The notes under the pieces are model-generated. The model did not search any database and was not told the DNA's origin. It was given only the letters and a program-made list of their open reading frames with translations. A program made the translations under genes and the position numbers. From a bacterium (GTDB lineage Bacteria; UBA8248), in assembly GCA_965219955.1 (NCBI GenBank), contig OZ244799.1, positions 1,312,001 to 1,376,000 on the forward strand: a stretch of DNA of 64,000 bases, given 5' to 3'. Positions 59,882 through 64,000 of this stretch are shown in pieces. Every line of letters begins with the position of its first letter. Position 1 is the first letter of the stretch.

Positions 59882-62578
59882 CTACGTCCATTTTTTCCCC
59901 TGTTCAACGTTTTCCATGCTCTTTCGGAGTTCATACAGGGTTTCGAGTGCCTGGCGAGGGGTAATGGAATCCAGATCCAGGCCTTTCAACACCTCCTCGA
60001 CTTGCGATTCCGCACGTGAAAACAATGGCAGTTGCCCGTTTTCCCGGCGATTTTCCAGAAAAGATTCTTGTCCTCCGGAGCACGACATGGCCTCCGCACT
60101 CTCGAACCTGGAGAGCAAAGCCTTCGCCCGGTCGATAACCTCTTCCGGAAGTCCCGCCAACCTGCCTACATGAATGCCGTAGCTTCTGTCGCAACTGCCA
60201 TCGGTTACTTTTCGTAAAAAAACGATTTCATCACCCCATTCCCGCACTTCGACCGTTAAGTTTTTCACACAGGCGAGTTCTTTCGAGAGTTCGGCCAACT
60301 CATGATAATGGGTTGCGAACAAGGTCCTCGCCCTGTGGCGGACCTCATTATGCAGATACTCTACGATTGACCAGGCGATGCTCACGCCATCGTAGGTGCT
60401 CGTGCCTCGCCCGACTTCGTCGAGAACGATGAAACTCCGCTGCGTCGACTCTCTCAATATGGTGGCCGTCTCCACCATCTCGACCATGAAGGTGCTTTGC
60501 CCTTCCATAAGTCGATCATGCGCGCCGACGCGAGTGAACACCCTGTCAACCAAACCGATTTCCGCACTCCTGGCGGGTACGAAGCTGCCGATTTGCGCCA
60601 TCAGAATGATGAGCGCCGATTGACGCAGATACGTGGATTTCCCGGCCATATTCGGCCCTGTGACGATAAGTATTCGGCGGTCATCGCGAATCGACAAATC
60701 GTTCGGCACGAAAGAGACACCAGGATTCTCCGCCTCCATGACGGGATGCCTGCCCTCGATGATTTCAAGATTCGTGGAATCCGTAATTCGGGGCCTCACG
60801 TATCCATTTTTGCGCGCGACGAGCGCCAGGGACAAAACAGCGTCAAGAATCGCTATTCTCTCCGCGGCGGCGAGTATGCGCCTGGCCTGTTGAGATATTT
60901 GCGTTCGCAAGCGCCCGAAGAGCATGAACTCGAGATGATGGGCTTTCTCCTCTGCGCCAAGGATGTCCTCTTCCATCTTCTTCAACTCGGAAGTGATATA
61001 GCGCTCGGCAGAAACCAACGTCTGCTTGCGCGTATATTCTGTCGGCACCTGCTCGCTGAAGCGTTTGGCAATTTCGAGATAATACCCAAAAACACGATTA
61101 AACCCGATTTTCAAAGGCAGCCCCGTTCGTTGCTTTTCCTTGCTTTCATAATTTTTCAGCCAGGTATCGCCCTCTTGCTGCGCCCTTCTCAATGTAGAGA
61201 GTTCCTGATCGTGCTCAGCGCGAAACATTCCTCCTTCACGAATCGAAACAGGCGGATCGTCCACAATCGCGTTCTTCAGTTCCAATGCCACGTCCTCGAG
61301 AGAATCCCACCCCGACAAGACGGTATGAAACAACCCGGAATCCGCCTCCTTTATTGCCTCACAAACCTCTGGCAACATTCCCAGGGAAGCGCCGAGCCCC
61401 GCCAGGTCCCGGGCGTTCGCCGTTTGAGAACCCACGCGACCCAGGAGCCTTTCGATATCCTGAATGGGTTCAAGGGCATTTTTGAGCATATTCAGGGTTT
61501 CGGACTTATCCACGAGTTCCTGTACCGATTCGGCGCGATAATCGATGGCTTTTTTTTCAATCAAGGGTGAAAGGACCCATTTTTTCAACAGGCGTCCCCC
61601 CATGCCTGTCTGCGTCTCATCCAGCAAGCCAAGCAAAGTGCCTTTTTTCCCACGGTCCACAGCGGAACGAGTGAGTTCCAGATTTCGTAACGTGGCGGCA
61701 TCGAGAATCATGGTGTCAGAGAGCCGGGAGAAAAACACGGGTTTGATGTGGGGAAAATCACCAGGCTGGTTTTCTTTGAGATACGCCAAAACACCTACCG
61801 CGGTGTTCACCGCCACCGGATTCGCCAGAACATCCGCTTCATCCGGAAAGACGGCGTCCAGGCTTTTGAAATCAAGCGGCTCATCAAAGGTGGCGGCCGG
61901 TCTTTTCTCAACATGAACATTCAGTTCACCGATTTTGCTTTTCAACTCACCAGGCGGAGAAAAACCATCCGGCAAGATGACTTCACGAGGAGAGAGCCTC
62001 TCCAACTGGTTGCAAACAAGCGTCTCGGCGGCATCGCCTTCCACCTGTGTCGCGCAAAACTCACCGGTCGAGCTATCGAGCCATGCCATTCCCCAAGCCG
62101 TCTTTCCTTCTCCGGCCGACAGGGTGATCCCCGCCAGGTATTGAGACTCCTTGCTATCCAGTAACTCGAGGCCGGCAATCGAGGTGCCCGGAGTGAGGAC
62201 GCGGGTCACTTCGCGTCTCACAACTCCACTGCTTTCTCCCGCATCTTCCACCTGCTCGCATATGGCGACTTTATAACCTGCCTCCAGCAATCGCCCGCAA
62301 TAGGAGGATGCCGAATGACAAGGCACGCCACACATCGGGATAGGCCCCTTGTCGTCACTCTGGCGCGACGTCAACGTGAGTTCCAGCACTTTCGCCCCGA
62401 GTTTCGCGTCTTCATAAAACATCTCGAAAAAATCACCCAGCTGAAAAAACAGCATCGCGTCCGGATAGCGTCTTTTCATTTCCAGGTATTGGCGCATCGC
62501 AGGTGATGGACCACGTCTTTTATTACCCGATGTATTTTTCGCTTTCCTGGCATGCAGAGTGCTTTTTGGGGGAGGCAT
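59882..62578 (-). CDS. mutS: DNA mismatch repair protein MutS
   Basis: GDFFEMF, PMCGVP, GRHPV, TGPNMAGKSTY, STFMVEM, DEVGRGT, ATHYHEL. Confidence 0.98.
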   Translation of the reverse strand: MPPPKSTLHARKAKNTSGNKRRGPSPAMRQYLEMKRRYPDAMLFFQLGDFFEMFYEDAKLGAKVLELTLTSRQSDDKGPIPMCGVPCHSASSYCGRLLEAGYKVAICEQVEDAGESSGVVRREVTRVLTPGTSIAGLELLDSKESQYLAGITLSAGEGKTAWGMAWLDSSTGEFCATQVEGDAAETLVCNQLERLSPREVILPDGFSPPGELKSKIGELNVHVEKRPAATFDEPLDFKSLDAVFPDEADVLANPVAVNTAVGVLAYLKENQPGDFPHIKPVFFSRLSDTMILDAATLRNLELTRSAVDRGKKGTLLGLLDETQTGMGGRLLKKWVLSPLIEKKAIDYRAESVQELVDKSETLNMLKNALEPIQDIERLLGRVGSQTANARDLAGLGASLGMLPEVCEAIKEADSGLFHTVLSGWDSLEDVALELKNAIVDDPPVSIREGGMFRAEHDQELSTLRRAQQEGDTWLKNYESKEKQRTGLPLKIGFNRVFGYYLEIAKRFSEQVPTEYTRKQTLVSAERYITSELKKMEEDILGAEEKAHHLEFMLFGRLRTQISQQARRILAAAERIAILDAVLSLALVARKNGYVRPRITDSTNLEIIEGRHPVMEAENPGVSFVPNDLSIRDDRRILIVTGPNMAGKSTYLRQSALIILMAQIGSFVPARSAEIGLVDRVFTRVGAHDRLMEGQSTFMVEMVETATILRESTQRSFIVLDEVGRGTSTYDGVSIAWSIVEYLHNEVRHRARTLFATHYHELAELSKELACVKNLTVEVREWGDEIVFLRKVTDGSCDRSYGIHVGRLAGLPEEVIDRAKALLSRFESAEAMSCSGGQESFLENRRENGQLPLFSRAESQVEEVLKGLDLDSITPRQALETLYELRKSMENVEQGKKWT

Positions 62579-62580
62579 AC

Positions 62581-62979
62581 TTACTCTGCCTTCGATTCAC
62601 GGGGGGACAGGCTCATCCGGGACTTGGGATCGGATTGCGAGGCAAGTTCATTCCGTGCAGTTCTGGATTCTTCGGTTGCAGGATTTCCCATGGGGAGGAG
62701 CTTGCCACTTTGCTCCCGCGCCTCATCCAGATTACTCTCCAGCGACTTGACTTCCCGCTTCAATTTTCCGATTTGGGCCCTGAACTTCAACCTGTCGAAT
62801 GCACCGCCAAGCCATGCCACCATGAACCCGCATGCAAACACGGCCAACAGAACATAAAAAAGAGGCAAGTTGATGCTGCCTTGATAATAGGCAACAGTCA
62901 CCGGCTTCATGTTGATGACACCGAAGCTGACAATCGCCAATGACAGGATCAAACCGATGATGAGTCGAAGGCTACCCAT
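62581..62979 (-). CDS. lapA: LapA (DUF1049)-family membrane protein
   Basis: TM-N..V-(Y)..LPL-TM followed by a coiled coil (KLKREVKSLE). Confidence 0.75.
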   Translation of the reverse strand: MGSLRLIIGLILSLAIVSFGVINMKPVTVAYYQGSINLPLFYVLLAVFACGFMVAWLGGAFDRLKFRAQIGKLKREVKSLESNLDEAREQSGKLLPMGNPATEESRTARNELASQSDPKSRMSLSPRESKAE

Positions 62980-63002
62980 ATCACTACCAAGTCCAACGGG
63001 TT

Positions 63003-63170
63003 TTAGATTTCAAAATCAGGGCGGAATTGATTATAGGTCGTCTTTAAATCCTCGGGAATCACCCGCATGCCACCGGGGACAGGAACAAGATGATACTCCC
63101 CTTCCCGATGAGAACAGTGTGCATATGCAAAAGGCCGGCTGTTCCTGCGGGCGTCACCCGCAATCTTACC
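63003..63170 (-). pseudogene. Frameshifted 3' remnant of a HIT-family hydrolase
   Basis: GKIAG (frame 1) / AGTAGLLHMHTV (frame +1) / REGEYHLVPV..RVIPEDLKTTYNQFRPDF (frame 1). Confidence 0.6.
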
Positions 63171-63172
63171 AC

Positions 63173-63652
63173 TCAAGGATTCCCCGGTGTTTGTCGAGAC
63201 AGCCACTCCCCCTCAAGCAGACAGGCTATCCTTTTTTCTTCCTGACGCATGCGCGCGGATTCCGATTTCGTGTAATGATCATATCCCTTGAGATGCAAAA
63301 GGCCATGCACGAGCAGACGATCCGCCAGGACGCCGTAATCAACCGACTCCACTTGCGCCTGGCGAAGCACTTCATCCACGCAGATGACCACTTCTCCCAA
63401 AAATGTCTCCCTCTCTTTTTGCTCACCCGGGGCCGGAAAGAAATCCGCCGGCGGAAAAGCCAGCACGTCCGTTGTTTCGTCCTCTCCCCGATACCGGGAA
63501 TTCAACGCTCGCATCCTCTCGTCTCGAATGAATGCGATGCTGAACTGATCATCTTCGGACCGGAGAACTTTCCGTATGACCTCCAAGCGTTGCCTCAGCG
63601 CCTTGTGATCCAGCGTGAACAGCTTTTGCTCGTTTTTGACGAGGACTTCCAT
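63173..63652 (-). CDS. ybeY: rRNA maturation endonuclease YbeY
   Basis: MRALNSRYRG..TDVLAFP, LGEVVI, HGLLHLKGYDH. Confidence 0.93.
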   Translation of the reverse strand: MEVLVKNEQKLFTLDHKALRQRLEVIRKVLRSEDDQFSIAFIRDERMRALNSRYRGEDETTDVLAFPPADFFPAPGEQKERETFLGEVVICVDEVLRQAQVESVDYGVLADRLLVHGLLHLKGYDHYTKSESARMRQEEKRIACLLEGEWLSRQTPGNP

Positions 63653-64000
63653 TCGCAGCCCCTTTCCTGGGAGCATCTTCTTGTCCTGGGTAGTGAATCC
63701 GGTGATGATGAATGCCAACCAGAACGCGCATGAATGCGTCCTGAATGTTGCTCAAATCCCTGAACGTGAGGCTGCAATTATCCAATTGCCCCTCCATGAA
63801 TGCACTCTGGACGATTCTGTCCACCAGGGCGCTGAGGCGCCCGAGAGAATGATCCGAAAGCGAATGCGACGATGCCTCCACCATATCCGCCAACATCAGG
63901 ATGCCCGCCTCCCTCGTCTGCGGCCTCGGCCCTGGATAGCGGAAAAATTCCTCTGTGACGTCATCTCCATTCAGCGTCTTCGCTTTTTCGTAAAAAAATC
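63549..64000 (-). CDS. 7TM-HD family phosphohydrolase (PgpH-like), C-terminal part
   Basis: FYEKA..FRYPGPRPQTREAGILMLADMVEA..GQLDNC..HHRIHYP; upstream of ybeY; 5' part outside the window. Confidence 0.85.
   Translation of the reverse strand, partial: FFYEKAKTLNGDDVTEEFFRYPGPRPQTREAGILMLADMVEASSHSLSDHSLGRLSALVDRIVQSAFMEGQLDNCSLTFRDLSNIQDAFMRVLVGIHHHRIHYPGQEDAPRKGAANGSPRQKRAKAVHAGSQGAEATLGGHTESSPVRR

Noticed and set aside
63549-63652. ~100-bp overlap of the HD gene tail with ybeY as a recoding signal
   Set aside because: Most simply a low-complexity C-terminal run-on; no slippery site or structure was seen.

Overview
Bacterial genomic window with two parts. The gene content suggests a Gram-negative, delta-proteobacteria/Nitrospinota-like lineage (inference only). 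From 1 to ~25 kb, a surE-pcm-tRNA-Pro ... LOG-nlpD-apt-tRNA-Arg backbone is interspersed with accessory catabolic genes: two metY paralogues, alpha/beta hydrolases, tandem cupins, a double-YciI protein, a creatinase-like M24 enzyme, an MscR-like dehydrogenase, an FAD/Fe-S oxidoreductase, bioB and rtcB. Intergenic gaps up to 17 kb carry mosaic non-autonomous elements: IS-like terminal inverted repeats enclosing at least five families of REP-like palindromes, some nested inside each other. From ~25 to 64 kb is a long minus-strand housekeeping run (EF-G paralogue, der, amidase, ahcY, metK, reduced PTS/HPrK, rpoN, lptCAB, tsaE, nnr, pdxJ, ftsH, tilS, tRNA-Met, proS, ispG, rseP, lolA, purNM, mutS, lapA, ybeY). 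The main finding is a DUF4390-NtrY-NtrX-like operon whose response regulator is fused in frame to a complete LpxC deacetylase with intact catalytic motifs, a candidate phosphorylation-gated entry into lipid A synthesis. All family calls come from motif recognition by eye; no searches were run.
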